Shown here: positions 49,410 to 62,905 of the stretch, in pieces
Position numbering within the stretch: the first letter of the stretch is position 1
Layout of the letters: every line of letters begins with the position of its first letter
DNA from: Felis catus
Taxonomy: Eukaryota
Assembly (NCBI RefSeq): GCF_018350175.1
Contig: NC_058368.1
Location: 68,512,001 to 68,576,000, forward strand
Direction: 5' to 3'
Length of the DNA stretch: 64,000 nucleotides
Notes under the pieces: generated by a model
Seen by the model: only the letters and a program-made list of their open reading frames with translations
Databases searched by the model: none
What the model was told of the DNA's origin: nothing
Position numbers and translations under genes: made by a program

Positions 49410-50793
49410 AGAAAAATCAACATATTTAGGTGATTAGCATGAAATGTACCATTGGTCTTTATAGGGTGCAATACTAGTTTTAAATGAAAATGTAAGAGCA
49501 TTCGTCTCTCAGGTAGCATACTCAAAATTACACAAGCCAAATTTCAAAGCTGCATGTCTATTGTGGTTTTATTGCAACAGTGGAAACACTGCACAAAAGC
49601 AACTCTGCTTTGCACAGCACACATTCTACCAACTCTATTTTCAGCTTACTGAAGAGTAAGGAAAGACTGAACAGAAAATAAACCATTACCCTATCTTTTC
49701 CTTTCTTTCTCGGTCACCATTTTCAGTATTATTGGCCGGCTCAAGAAAGTAACACAAGTAAAGAATGGGTTCCTTGATAGGGTTCCTTGTTCATTAGTGT
49801 TCATTAGAGTGTCATTGTCTTCCTCCGGGTCTGAAGCAAGTTCTGTTTTAAACAGAAAGCATGGCCTAAAGGGGTTGTCAATGACCTTTCATACCCAGCT
49901 ATAAGACCCAACTTACTTGCCTGGTACTTGTACTGAGTCACTGAACTGCCATGCCTTGTGGATCCACCAGAATTCTTTGCTTGTTGAATGTCATCCATTC
50001 TATTTGTAAATAGGCCTACAAAGAGTCGCCGTGCACGTGCATATAGCATGTAACTTCTCTGTTCACACGTGTGCTCCACTGTCCCATCACATTTCACTTG
50101 CAAAACACAAGTTCAAAGATAGCATGATTAAACATTTCAAGACACAACAATACAGGATTAAGCCAAACAAGGGACCCTTTTGAACATGAGCCCTGGGCTA
50201 CTGGATGGTCTGCACATCCATGAAGTCAGGCCTGGCCTTGAACTAGGAAACCGCTTGTTTGATCGACTCAGGTTCAACCACGGAAAAGGTACCAAAGTCA
50301 AGAATATTTTTGGAAGTGTCAATGAGGAAGAAACACTTAAGTTACTATTTCTTATGTTTGTAGACCACCGGACATCAAAATTTGGTTTCCTTTGATTGAG
50401 TTCATTGGGTTGACTTCCAACACCTCTGGTTTCCTGTTCGATGCCACAGAATTGTTTTATAAACTATGAATGAAATGGATTACCTCTGGCTTCATCTCTG
50501 CATGGGTGCAGGCACATAAGTTCCTCAACCTCTTGAGCCTCCAGGTTGCAGGGCACCCCTTTTATTCATTCCTGGGTCATGCCCCCTCAGACCCTTGAGT
50601 GGTGATGTCTTTTGGACGTGGCATGTGTGATTTATGAAAGGCTTTGGTTCTGGGTGGACTTTGCCTGCAGGGGCTGACCCTCCACCCACAGGGGATGATA
50701 GGTAGATAATAATGCCTTGAGAGACAAAAAGAGGAACTGTGAAAAAAAAAGACCTTTGCCCCAAGGAGTTATATAATCACTCCACAGCACTGT

Positions 50794-50795
<2 letters not shown>

Positions 50796-50832
<37 letters not shown>
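50796..50832. repeat. (CA)n microsatellite
   Basis: Direct reading. Confidence 0.95.
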
Positions 50833-50836
<4 letters not shown>

Positions 50837-53800
50837 GGTGGGGCAGCAAGGAAGCAGTAACATGGATTTCTTTCTCAAGGACTGACACAGCAAGTTATCT
50901 CTTCATAACTGACATTTTTAAAGCTGGCTCTATGCACAATTCAAGCTTTTGTCTTATTAAATTACTGAAGACAGGGAGGATACTAGGAGTCTGCAAATAA
51001 TCTGTTTTCCTCAGACATATCAGGGCAGTTGCCAACCACGGCTCCCATCTTTAACTTCTTTCGGAAAGTGAACCTGTTACCTATCAAGAGATATAACCAT
51101 GGGGCCGCATGCACATGTTTTTCTAGTGAGTTACATCCTGGCTGCGTCCCCACATTTTTCTCCTTGTGTAGTGTGGACGGCTCCAGAGACAAACCCTCAC
51201 TGCTGTAACATTTTCGTGGGAGCAAGGAATGAGAGCTAGTCCATTGCATTCAGGAGAGTAGTGTGTTGGCCTCCATAAAGGAGCTGGGACCATCCTTCCC
51301 CTCCCTGCCCTTGTGCGCTGACCTCAACCTGCCTTGTCTGCAGGGATAAACAATGACCAGTTTGGACCTGCCTCTGCTCTTGCTCTCAGTCTCCCTTTGT
51401 GACCTTATCCTTTGGCCACAGCAGTGTGGCCTGAAGCCGAGTGACTGGAGTGGCAGGGCTGAGTCTAGAATACCACAGAAAGGCACTCTATGTTGGGTAC
51501 CGCAAATCCTCCTTGAGGAGCCTCTCCAGGTACCAGAATTCAGCATGACTTGCATTCCTGTCAATCAACCAAAACAGGCACAGATATTAACTGAGAGCCT
51601 TCTAAAGAATATGCTGGTGATGGACAGATGTATTTGAAAGAATAAAAACCACCGTTCAGAGTTTGGCTTTGCATATGTCTCACCGGATGACCTTAGACCA
51701 GTTATTTAATTCTGGAGGCTTTTGTTGTCTCAGTAGTAAATTAGAGATGAAAATACCTCTTGCCTATCTCACGGTTTAGAGATTGAACCGGGCTAAACAC
51801 TGCACATATAATAACATACCATAAGAAAACTGTTAGAGTCGACTGCAATGTCAGGCATTACTATCAAGTGCCTAATACCATCCCAGACAGCATGGAATAA
51901 AAAATAACTAATATTTCATGCCTATCTGAAATGAAATCACAATCTTGTTGGGAGGAAAGGCTCTGTATGTGGTACAGATATGCTTTTTTAGATCTCCACA
52001 TTATATATTGTTCGTAACAACACTTCTGTCTACGAAGTTGGTTCTATGATTACGTCCATTTTACATATGAAGTAATGAGATGCAGTGATCCTGCATACCG
52101 TTTGAAGGTCACATGCCCGGCTTCAGGCAAAAGGCAAACTCAAGATATGAAACCCATGAAGTCTAACTCCAGACTCCAGACTTCACCTTGACACCATGCC
52201 GTATCTTTTCATTGGTATTATAGACTTAGTACAGGCAATAATTAAGTGGACTTAGTTATAGAAGAGATCAATATGCAATCTTCTCAAAGACCCTATGTAT
52301 CTTTCCCTGGGAGCCCTACTTCTAGCTTTATGATAAGCCACAGTAATAGCCTAACCATAAAAACTAAGCCTTCTTAATTGCTCCCCCTCTAAAAGTTCTC
52401 GAAATCTGTCAGCTTATTTAAAATGCGGAGCTTTTGACGAAGCCCTCCATGGGACACTCAGACCCGAGTTTCTGATGCTGGTGGAGAGGGTGTCTACAGG
52501 AAATTGCCAAGCGGGTCCTATAGGTGCCAGCACTCTGCTCACGTGTGGGGCTGAATCTGCCGATGAACATATTTGGTTAGGACTGCTTCATTGTGCCCGC
52601 TTGCTTAAAAGTACTGAACTGTTGTATAAGTTCCTTTGAAACAATGCATAAGGAAATAGAATTTAATAGCATTTCTGGCTCTTGAGTCAAGTGTATGTCA
52701 GATTACAACGAGCAATTTGAAAACACCAAAGTAGCACAATTAAAAAAAAAAAAGAAGAGGTCTTAGTGAGAAGGCTGTTCTTGAGCAGAATATGACAAAC
52801 TTAAGAGCCACTCCATGTTCCTTCTTCAAATATCCGAGAGAATTCACTGGTTCCTAAAACTTCACGCATGTCTTTTGATTCTTCCTTCCAAAAATCGTAA
52901 AATCTTGGCATGACTGTTCCTAATTCGGAGTCTACTAATGACTATCTTGTGTTCCTTTTAGCTCTGTGTCCCCACACTGCTACGTGAAACATGGGGGCCA
53001 CATTCCAAGGGCTTTGGATAGCCATGCTGAAACTCCATAGATCTCTTGATATCAGAAAATGGGGTATTTTTCCCTGAATGGTTTTTTTTTGTCATGAATT
53101 TTCTTCATGAGTTTTCATTTAATGTGAAGTGTTGAAGAGTGGTCTATTCCCTCACACTCCCAGCACACTTTATTGAACACCAATCTGGTGCAGCTGAACT
53201 TGGTGCTCAAGTGACCACTTATCAATGGCCATTCGCCATTAGAGATTTTAGGAATCTCTTGAAGATCTATGCCTCTGGCAGAATACTCCCTCGGAACCAC
53301 ACATCACAGTGGGATGACGCAAAATCGGGCGATTTCAGAGCACTTTCTTAGGTGAGTTTCTAAGAGGTATAGAACCAGTGGACGTTTGACATTCAGCCAG
53401 AGATGCGGTCAAAGAACCCGGGCGGCCAGCAGAAGCCAGATACCCTGCAGCTGCAGCCATAAAATGCATGCTGAGTTTTGGATGTTTGTGCTCCAAAAGA
53501 ACAGCTTTGGACTAAAATAAGCCTTTTAAGGATCTCATGAGGAATCACAGGTGCCCCAGGATGACCTAAATGACAGTGTTTTCTGGAAGTTCTAAACACA
53601 GTGAGAACTGTGTGTGCAGAAGGATTGTCACACATGCCATTATGGGTCAGAGTTGGTCTTCCCTACTAGGCTCTAAGTCTGTGTCCGGTTCATCACTGTT
53701 TGCCTTGTCCCTAGTACAGGCTCTGGCCCCTGGTAGCCATTCAACAAGGTGGAGCGGTTTCAGAGGGTGGATTGTCTTTACGGACCAAGCTATGGGATCT

Positions 53801-54910
53801 GACCTGGTGAGGCATCCTCAGGACCCAGCCATTGCCCTGTAATATACACACTACACTAGCAAACCCCAGTTTTTCGTGGTGCCCCCCTCCTTGGGGTCAA
53901 CTCTTGAGAATTCTGAGCATGAGCATACCCAAGGAAAACAGAGAGGAATCTGTACTTCTGTCGCCTCCTTAACGTTGTTTTCTTGAGCAAACTTGGTCCC
54001 GTGGTCTCTGAGAAGGAGTCCCACTTTGTTTTCATTTTCTCTTTCATTTTAAAACTTAGGTCATTAACCTAGATGGAAGAGAGTGAAACAGACGACCAAT
54101 GACCCTTAGTTTTGTGGGAAATGTGCTGTGTGTCTGGGAGCGATCAAAATTTCCCACTCAGACAAGTTAGAGGTGACAGAGATGCTTTCTTAAGAAAGTA
54201 AAGCGGCCTAGCGGTTCTGGTCTTGGCATTGCTGCTATATCTTATATAACATTCTTTTTTTTTTTTTTAATTGACTGCTCTGTTTTTCATCTCAAGTTCA
54301 TTTCGTTAGGTTGCTGAAAAGATTCAGGATGCCAGTTAATTTGGATATTTTGGGGACTTATTTCAAATGTAGCATCTTTTGACTGGATGAATTTCTAGGG
54401 GTTGCACATGGGTCCTCCCCCATCTCCAGATGCTGGGGCTTTAAATTGTCATGAAAGCTGAAATTTCATCGTGCTCTTATTTCTCCAAAAGAAAGGTAGG
54501 TGTGCCATAAATTCCCTCAGGAAATCAGGCAACTTTTCCTTTGCTTTCAACTCACATGAAAAATATTAAGTGTATGTAGAGACATCTCAGTAAGTGGGTG
54601 GGGGGGGTGTTCTTGCAAGTACGAAACTAAGCCAACTACATGCATTTCACATATAACCTTGCAACATCCCTAGGAGGCCCCGTTGGATTGTTCTCCATCT
54701 GATATGAGATGAAATTGAGTGTCGTAGAAGTTTTTTGGCTTGTCCAAGATCTCCCAGGCTGTAACCATTATTACTTTAGTGCCTCTGAGCTCCACATAGT
54801 CTTTTTATCCTGCTTTGTGACGTGGTGACTCTAGGGAACCTCATTTCTCCTCGCCTGCCCATGGGTGGTCCTGACAGGAGGCTGAGGGCTGGAAGAGGGA
54901 GAAAAGACAG

Positions 54911-55397
54911 TCTGCTAGTTTTCTAGAACTGCCATAAGCTACCACAAACTGGGTAATTTACAACAGAAGTTTATTTGCTCTTGGCTCTGGAGCCTAAAAG
55001 TCTGAAACCAAAGTGTTGGCCGGACCACACTCTCTCTGATGGTGCTAGAAGAGAATCTGTTCCATGCCTTTGTCTTGGCGTCTGGTGTTTCTGGAAGTCC
55101 TTGGCATTTCTTGGCTTCTGGATGCATCACCCCAATGTCACACACCACCACGTGGTCATCTCCTCTCTGCCTGTCATCACACAGCGCTCTCTTTGTGTGT
55201 CTGACTCTGTACCTCTCTTCATAGAAGGATGCCAGCCATATTGGATGAAGGGCCCACCATACTCCACTATGACCTCACCGAATCCTACATCTTCATTACA
55301 TCAGCAAAAACCCTCTTTCCAAAAGAAGTCATTATTCACAGTTTCCCGGGATCAGGACTTCAGTGTATCTTTTGCGGCATGAACTCTACCCACAACA
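54911..55397 (-). mobile_element. MLT1B/C-like MaLR solo LTR
   Basis: taccacaaactgggtaatttacaacagaagtttatt; attggatgaagggcccacc; ends acccacaaca. Confidence 0.75.
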
Positions 55398-56013
55398 GGA
55401 TGACTCTTTTTCTTTGTTTCTGTTCTCACTGTGACATCTGCTGAAAAGGAGGGCTAAGATGCCCACAGAGTTCATGGCACTGGTTGTGGCTCTTGGGCTT
55501 CAAAGGCAGGTGCTCTGTAGTGACCTTTCCTGAGGGGCCTGTATCTCCACCGACCACTCCTTCGGCCCAAAGTTCTGAATCTCATCTCTGAAAGGTCCTC
55601 CTCAAAGTTTCCAGATTCCTTCCTTGTTCATTGCCCCCTCAGCAATGATATTTATAACTGCTGTCCACCATTACTGCCCTGTTAAACCTTACAGTTCTTT
55701 TTGACTCCTTCTTGTAGTTAATGACCTTGTATCCAGTTGACAGTTATTTCTACCAAATTCTCTCTGTTAAAATGTTTATCTCCTGACTGGACCCTGCTAC
55801 ATGGGTAGTGGACTGGGAAATCATCCCTAAGGCAGCGTGGTATTGTGCTTACGCAGCTGAGCTGTGTCTTAGGAGAAAGCCTCGGAACTTTTACCAATAC
55901 TCAACTTTCCCCTGTTCCTGTGAAACCACATGGATGAAAAGTCCCCCATCCTAGCTGGTTTTGAAGCCGAGGCTAGGTGAAATGAACCAAAGAATCTTCT
56001 TTAAAATCTTTTC

Positions 56014-56240
56014 GGGAGCAGGGAGTGGGCGAGAGGGGAAAATGGGTGATGGCCAATGAGGAGGGCACCTGTTGGGATGAGCAATGGGTGTTGTATGTAA
56101 GCAATGAATCACAGGAATCTATCCCCAAAACAAAGAGCACACTGTCTACACTGTATGTTAGCTAACTTGACAATAAATTATATTAAAAATGAAATAAAAT
56201 AAAATAAAATAAAATAAAATAAAATAAAATAAAATAAAAT
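56014..56240 (+). mobile_element. 5'-truncated carnivore L1 3' end with (AAAAT)n tail
   Basis: gttgggatgagcaatgggtgttgtatg...acaataaatt; exact 11-bp TSD aaaatcttttc at 56003-56013 and 56241-56251. Confidence 0.85.
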
Positions 56241-56739
56241 AAAATCTTTTCTGGTCTCTAACTGTCTACGAGCGGTGAATAGCACCACTGACATCCCACT
56301 TCTACTTATTACCAGCAACTCACTGCCTGATCATCACTCGGGCTATTTTCACCTTCTGCTGGGAGCATGGTAACATGGCTTTTGCCTAACTATTTTGAGG
56401 TTAACTGTGGACCTGACTTCCTTTAACCAATAAGATGTGAAAGGAAGTGGCCTGTGTCATGTTCAAGTAGAGCTCTGAGAGCCAATGTGTGACCACATTT
56501 TCCCCTGTCCTGTCAATCATGGAAGCACGTGTCAAAACAGAATTCCCACCAGCCCCTGTCCCTGAGTGGCCACAATGAGCAGGGCAGCCAGGTAACCCGA
56601 GCTGCACACGTAGCATGAGTGGGAAATGGATGCTTGTTGGGCCATTTGTTCCGGCAGTATATGGAGACTGTCCTGATTAGTACACACAGACTCTCATGTC
56701 CAGGGGCAATATCTCAAGCTCATACATTTTTTATGGTGC

Positions 56740-57445
56740 ATTGACTCCTGGGACAACCTGCTTTCCTGGTATTCCTTCACCCTCATCAGTTTCTCCTTTT
56801 CTTTGCAGCTTTGCTGGGTCCTTCTGCCATTCTGTCCTGCAAACGCTGAAATGTGCCGGGGCTCACTCCAGTCATCTTCTCTTGTCTATCCACACTCTTT
56901 CCCTAGAAAATCCCATTCAATTGCATAGAATCAGTTCATATCTTCCCAGAAATTGGCTCTGATTACCAAAGACATATAATGAACTACCCATTGTCTCCAC
57001 CTTGATGTCTCCTGGACCACTTGAAATTCCAGATACCCAGCAGAACTTCTGATTCTGCTGCACACCTGCAAAATCCTCTCCATCTCATTATCATACCATC
57101 CAATTGCTCAGACCCCAAGCCCCAAAGTCACTCATGATTCTATTCTTTCTACCGCCTCTCCTAGGTGCCTGCCCAACTCATCAGTAAGTCCTATTGGCTC
57201 CAATTCCAAAATGCTTATCAAGTCTGATCCCTGATCACAGCTCCACCTGTCCCTGAGTCGAAGCCCCCCTCTTACACCTTGGAGGCTTCCATGACCTCTT
57301 AGTCAGTGTTTCTGTTTTCACTTTTAGGCCCCAACATCCATTTTAAAGACTTCATGTTCTTTTTTAGAATACGAATAACATCATATCGCTTTCCTACTTC
57401 AGAAGTCTCCATGACTTTCTGCTACACTTAGAATAAAACCAAATT
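56740..57445 (+). mobile_element. L2 remnant
   Basis: ccatccaattgctcagaccccaa, agtcactcatgattct, cacttagaataaaacc. Confidence 0.55.
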
Positions 57446-57869
57446 TCTGTAGAAAGAGTAAGTTATAAACCCCATATTTGCTCATTCAGAAAATGTAGCT
57501 GAAGATGGAAGCCACGTGCCTCCCCTTGGAGTTTAATGAGAAATCCTGAAGGAATGGAAGACTGTTGACATGAGGCCTTGAGAAGACAGGCTATCAAGCA
57601 GAATTGCTTGTTGCTAGATAAATATGAGGGAAATGTAGCTAATATATATACTGCTAGTTACTCCCAAATTTGAGTGACATCTCTGCCGTTCTTTGGTCTT
57701 CATGGATGAGGGTCCAGCTATTTGCCAAGGAGGTCAAAGAGCCTTCCTGTTACCTTGAAAGTGTTCTTAACAGTTCCAGGATTTGTTGGCATGTGTCTTT
57801 GAGACTAAAAATGTCTACTATAGGAAATCACATTTGTAAGATCGTCTTGTTGTTTAAAAAAAAAATGTT

Positions 57870-58089
57870 GGGGCACCCGGGTGGCTCAGTCGGTTGAGCA
57901 TCCGGCTTTGGCTCAGGTCATCTCATAGTCCATTGAGTTTGAGCCCCGTATCAGGCTCTGTATTGACAGCTCAGAGCCTGGAGCCTGCTTCGGATTCTAT
58001 GTCTCCCCCTCTCTCTGTCCCTCCCTTGCTCATGCTCTGTCTCTCTCTCTGTCTCAAAATAAATAAAAACATTAAAAAAATTTTTTTAA
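57870..58089 (+). mobile_element. CanSINE
   Basis: ggggcacccgggtggctcagtcggttgag head; AnTn tail. Confidence 0.95.
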
Positions 58090-58947
58090 TGTTTATTCAC
58101 CTGAAGTTGTTAACTGATTTTGTCATGGGTGATGGATTTTGTCCACCAACCTTGCGATAATTATTTCACTCTGACCTCTCTCCTCTATCTCTGGGAAAAC
58201 CAACTCATATAAAAGGACTATAAAAGATTCTTTTAAACCTACAAAGAAATCTACAAAGCATTTCTTCCTTGTAATAATTTGTAAGTCATAATAAAGTCTC
58301 TTTTAAAAAAACTGGCATCAAAGTACATTACTTTGTGTCTCAGTCTTTCCTAGTATTCCATGTTTTGTCTTACAAAGCCACGTAGGATTGGACCATCATC
58401 TACCTCATTTACTATCTCCAGGCACTCTAGGTTTGTTGAAGTCTCTAGACCACAGAAAGCTCATTTCAAACATAGGCTCTTTAGGTTTGTTGATTGTTTT
58501 GTCTGGAATTCTTTTTGCCTGATCTTCCCAAGACTCCCAGCATGTGGTTTTGTTTCAAATGCCACCTTCTCCAAGAAGTCTTCCTATATCACTCTATCTA
58601 ACCGCCCCCCCCCCCAACCCTGGCCCCATTAAATCACTCTCTCCTTATCCTGCTTCTCTTGTTTACCTTATTTGTTACATGAAACTGTGTTACTCACTAC
58701 TTATTTGTGTTCTCCCATTAGAATACAATTCTCATAAAAGCAAGGACCTCGTCTGTCTTATTCATCAGTTTCTCCCTCACATCATGAATCCAGTCTAGTC
58801 TATAGGGGACCATATAAAAGACTGCGGGATGAATGAGTAAATGTTTATAACTTCAAAAGCATTTTAACACATAGTAACAGAAGTCTTATACAACATATCT
58901 AGGTGAATTAGGGCCAAGGACAATTCTATAATAAAAAAAATCTCCTT

Positions 58948-59160
58948 GGGGCGCCTGGATGGCTCAGTCGGCTAAGCATCCGACTTCAGCTCAGGTCATG
59001 ATCTCACAGTTCGTGAGTTCAAGCCCCGCGTCAAGCTCTGTGCTGACAGCTCAGAGCCTGGAGCCTGCTTCGGATTCTGTCTCTCTCTCTCTCACTCTCT
59101 CTGCCCCTCCCCAGCTCATGCTCTGTCTCTCTCTGTCTCAAAAATAAATAAAAACATTAA
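58948..59160 (+). mobile_element. CanSINE
   Basis: TSD aaaaaaaatctcct. Confidence 0.95.
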
Positions 59161-59776
59161 AAAAAAATCTCCTGGGTCAGAAAATATTTTAGCACACATC
59201 TTTTGCAGGCTACAGCTGTAAGTTGGTTTAGCTGATGTGTGTGTTTTATAAAAAAGACCACTGGAAAATTGTCTTCATTGATCCACCTATGAATTAGAAC
59301 GAATTCAGCACACACTTCCCATGTTGGCAGGTGATTCTTGCTGTTGTACATTTTGGATGTTAGACTCAGCTGGTGTAGGACATAAGTGCAGTTTATTGAA
59401 ATAATTAGGGTTCCACAAAACCCTTCTGCTAAGAAACTTCCCAGGATGTCTGTCTGCAGATCAATAACTGTACCTGAGTAAAATCTAATAGATGCAGAAT
59501 GTTGCGGTCCCATCTCTTGGCTTTAGTTGGGTCAGCACCTCTGACTCAGGGTGTGGGCAAGGATTCACACCTTCAACTGAATCAGGTCTGAGTAGAGGAG
59601 ACATAAACCCACGCAGGGGTGAAGCCCTTGGATATGGATGCATGAGTCAGACTTACTGAGTAAGCAGCTAGCTGTATAGAAAATTGGGATAATCTTTCAG
59701 TATGAGAATTCATACTGAATAGTAAAAAGAATACTTGATTTCTATTTTTGTAGAAGGCAATGAAGATTATCTGCTC

Positions 59777-59999
59777 TTTTTTTTTTTTAATTTTTTAATG
59801 TTTATTCGATTTTGAGAGACAGAGAGAGACAGAGCAGGAGCAGGCAAGGGGCAGAGAGATAGGGAGACACAGAATCTGAAGCAGGCTCCAGGCTCTGAGC
59901 TGTGAGCACAGCGCCCGACGCGTGGCTCAAACCCATAAACAGTGAGACATGACCTGAGCCGAAGTTGGACACTTAACCAACTGAACCACCCAAGCACCC
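59777..59999 (-). mobile_element. CanSINE
   Basis: Reverse copy; flanks share attatct. Confidence 0.93.
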
Positions 60000-60096
60000 A
60001 ATTATCTTTTCTTTAAAAACTTGGTGGGATACACTTGTACAAAATTTTGGCATGTGCTTTTGGTGGTTACAATGCAGTATTTACAATGGTTTTTAG

Positions 60097-60283
60097 GGCG
60101 CCAGTGTGGCTCTGTCAGTTAAGCGTCCAAGTCTTGATTTTGGCTCAGGTCTTGATCTCATGATTCATGGGATGGAGCCCCATGTCAGACCCTGTGCTGA
60201 TAGCAGGGAGCCTGCTTGGGATTCTTTCTCTTCTTCTCTCTCTGCACCCCCCCCCACTCTTTCTCTCATATTAAATAAACAAA

Positions 60284-60337
<54 letters not shown>
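60097..60337 (+). mobile_element. CanSINE with (GAAA)n tail
   Basis: TSD ggtttttag at 60088-60096 and 60338-60346. Confidence 0.92.
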
Positions 60338-60338
<1 letters not shown>

Positions 60339-61679
60339 GTTTTTAGCTCATTTGTATTTTCTATTTCTCCTTATGCCATTAAAAAATCATTTTTGCTAGA
60401 AATTCATCTTTTTCACTGAGGTTTTCAAGGTTATGGTAATTTAGTTATATAATATATACACATAATATATAGATAATATTATATATAGTGTGTGTTTTAC
60501 ATACACATATATACATATAAAGATACTCTATATTGGTGTCTTTATATGTCATATGTGCATTATATATATTTAAAGATATACATTCAATTCAGAATTTCTG
60601 CAATATTTTAGTTTTTCTCTCTCCTGCGTTTTTGGATAGCTATATCTTCTTTCAGTCTTGCATTTCCCTCCTGCCAGCTGTCGGGCTGGCCAAACTGCAC
60701 CAGGGAACTGATAAACTGTGTTTAGCTGAGCATTTCATCTGGGTTTATTGTTGCTTGCTTTTTAAAAAGTTTTGCCAATCGTTCTGTTTTTACTAGCCAC
60801 TGAATATACCCCTAAAATAAAAAAAAAAAAAAAAAAAGACCATTTCCGATGGAGGCAGCAGTGGCTGCTGGAGTGTTTGGATGCAGGGCTCTGTCACAAA
60901 TGGGCTTTCTCTGCAGATACCTGCTTGTTTTGCCCATTTGAAAATGACTTTAATTAGAACCAGACCACAAACTCACGTCCTTTGGTATTTCACCATGAAA
61001 TTCCTTACGAATTGAGCAAAACCACTTCATGCAGAAAGCAAAAAATAGTGAAACACCAAGTACATCATTTCTCTGCTTTCCTGCACATATTGTGAAAATT
61101 GATTAATTCAGTTTATCAGTTAAGTGTTCAAGTTTATGCTTGGGGCACATTAAAATTTGTTGTTTGAGTTTTTTGATGGGACAAGTTTTTGGGGTTTTTT
61201 TTTTCTTTGACAGGCTGTCTCTTTTCTTCACCTGAAACAGATTTGAAATCACTTTAGTAGACAATGGCACTGCTCTTCGCACTCTTGTATCAGTTTAATC
61301 TTTCAAAGTAATTCTCAAAATGACCCGAATCATTCCATTAGATAAAGTGGAGACATGGAATTCTGCTAATTTTACTTGTGCATATGTCTGATAAAAACTT
61401 TAAAATACCAAAAAAAAAATTTTTTTTTACCTACATTGTTGATTTTTTTTAAAAAGTGTTGACAAGACTCTGCTCTATTTCCCTGTGAGTCTGTGTACCC
61501 CTAACATAGCTCTGCCCCAGGGCTATGTGAACCTCTGTTTTAAAACAAAGATGTGTAGGCTGAATCTGCAATGACCTCGGGTAACTGTTACTGTGTAATG
61601 TCACTGAGCATTTTTTCCCCCTCTTAATGTAGAGGACAAAATCTTCTTAATCAATTCTGATTCATGCCATGTTTCCATT

Positions 61680-61712
61680 CTTTTTTTTTAATTTTTTTAA
61701 TGTTTATTTACT

Positions 61713-61751
<39 letters not shown>

Positions 61752-61912
61752 GCATGAGTGGGGGAGGGGCAGAGAGAGAAGGAGACACAAGATGCGAAAC
61801 AGGCTCCAGGTTCTGAGCTGTCAGCACAGAGCCCAGCACAGCCTCAGGAACAGTGAGATCATGACCTAGGCTGAAGTCAGATGCTTAACCAGCTGAGCCA
61901 CCCAGGCGCCCC
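61680..61912 (-). mobile_element. CanSINE
   Basis: TSD atgccatgtttc; long (GA)n. Confidence 0.93.
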
Positions 61913-62211
61913 ATGCCATGTTTCAATTCTTGAAACAATAGTGGTTTTTGTATTAGGTTAAGTTTCAATTAATGTGACTCAAATGATGTCATTTGACATA
62001 TGCTGGTCTTGAGGATCTGCTTATAGTTAATGTAAGATTTAATATCTGTTCATCTTGAAAATATAAAGCTACTTTAAAATTATGATAAAACCATGCATTT
62101 GGAATTCTAAAAGAAACAGAACTCTATCATAATGCAAAAAAAAAAAAAAGACTTTTTTTTTCTCTTGATCTTTTTCAGAATAGCCAATGGCTAGTAAAAA
62201 TAAAATAATTT

Positions 62212-62418
62212 GGGGGCGCCTGGGTGGCTCAGTCGGTTGAGCGTCTGACTTCGGCTCACGATCTTGCGGTCCGCGGGTTCGAGCCCCGCGTGGGGCTCTG
62301 GGCTGATGGCTCAGAGCGTGCGAGCCTGCTTCCGATTCTGTGTTTCCCTCTCTCTCTGCCCCTCCCCCGTTCATGCTGTGTCTCTCTCTGTCTGAAAAAT
62401 AAATAAACGTTAAAAAAA
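62212..62418 (+). mobile_element. Young SINEC_Fc-like CanSINE
   Basis: CpG-rich; TSD aaaataaaataatttg. Confidence 0.95.
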
Positions 62419-62644
62419 ATAAAATAATTTGTAAATTTTAAAACAGCAAAAACATTTCTAGTTTTAAATTTTCAAGAAGGTTTGTAAGGTTTAGGATTGC
62501 CTGGCAGATTCATTTTGTTTTCATGTTCATTCTGATGAAATATTTGACATTTCTAGAGTTGTTTGTTGTATTTATTGTACTCCCAAGTCTCCTCCAGCTA
62601 ATTAGGATTAATATGAAACATTTACTAACACCATTTAAATGAGA

Positions 62645-62905
62645 TAATAATATTCCTTACAACTCATAGAGTGCTTACTCTATTTTAGGGACCGTGCTAA
62701 GCACTGGCACATATTAGTTCATTTAATCCTCATGACAATGCTATGAGGTAAGTATTATTATCTTTATTTTCACTGTACAGATAAGAAAACTGAGCCACAG
62801 AGAAATTCAGTTACTTGCCCAAGGTGATAGGTTTAAAAGGCAGACTTGGGACTCAAACCCAGCCTCCACAGCTCTAGAGTTCACACATCTAATCAGGATT
62901 CTACA
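62645..62905 (-). mobile_element. MIR SINE
   Basis: catttaatcctcatgacaat...acagataagaaaactgagccacagaga...acttgcccaaggt. Confidence 0.8.

Larger units (their letters stand above)
48592..50234. mobile_element. MER45B-like non-autonomous hAT-Tip100 DNA transposon, complete, with three nested insertions
   Basis: Termini CAGGGTCAGCT and AGTCAGGCCTG; 8-bp TSD gccttgag/gccttgaa; interior follows recalled MER45B consensus; about 1.05 kb after removing inserts. Confidence 0.8.

Noticed and set aside
2917..62406. Recurrent 60-120 aa ORFs of the MAQSV...SAQVMIS...SPASGSVLTAQSLEPASDSVSPSLS type
   Set aside because: Translations of CanSINE copies, not a gene family
755..62418. tRNA-like A/B box sequences
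   Set aside because: Heads of tRNA-derived SINEs; no complete cloverleaf or terminator
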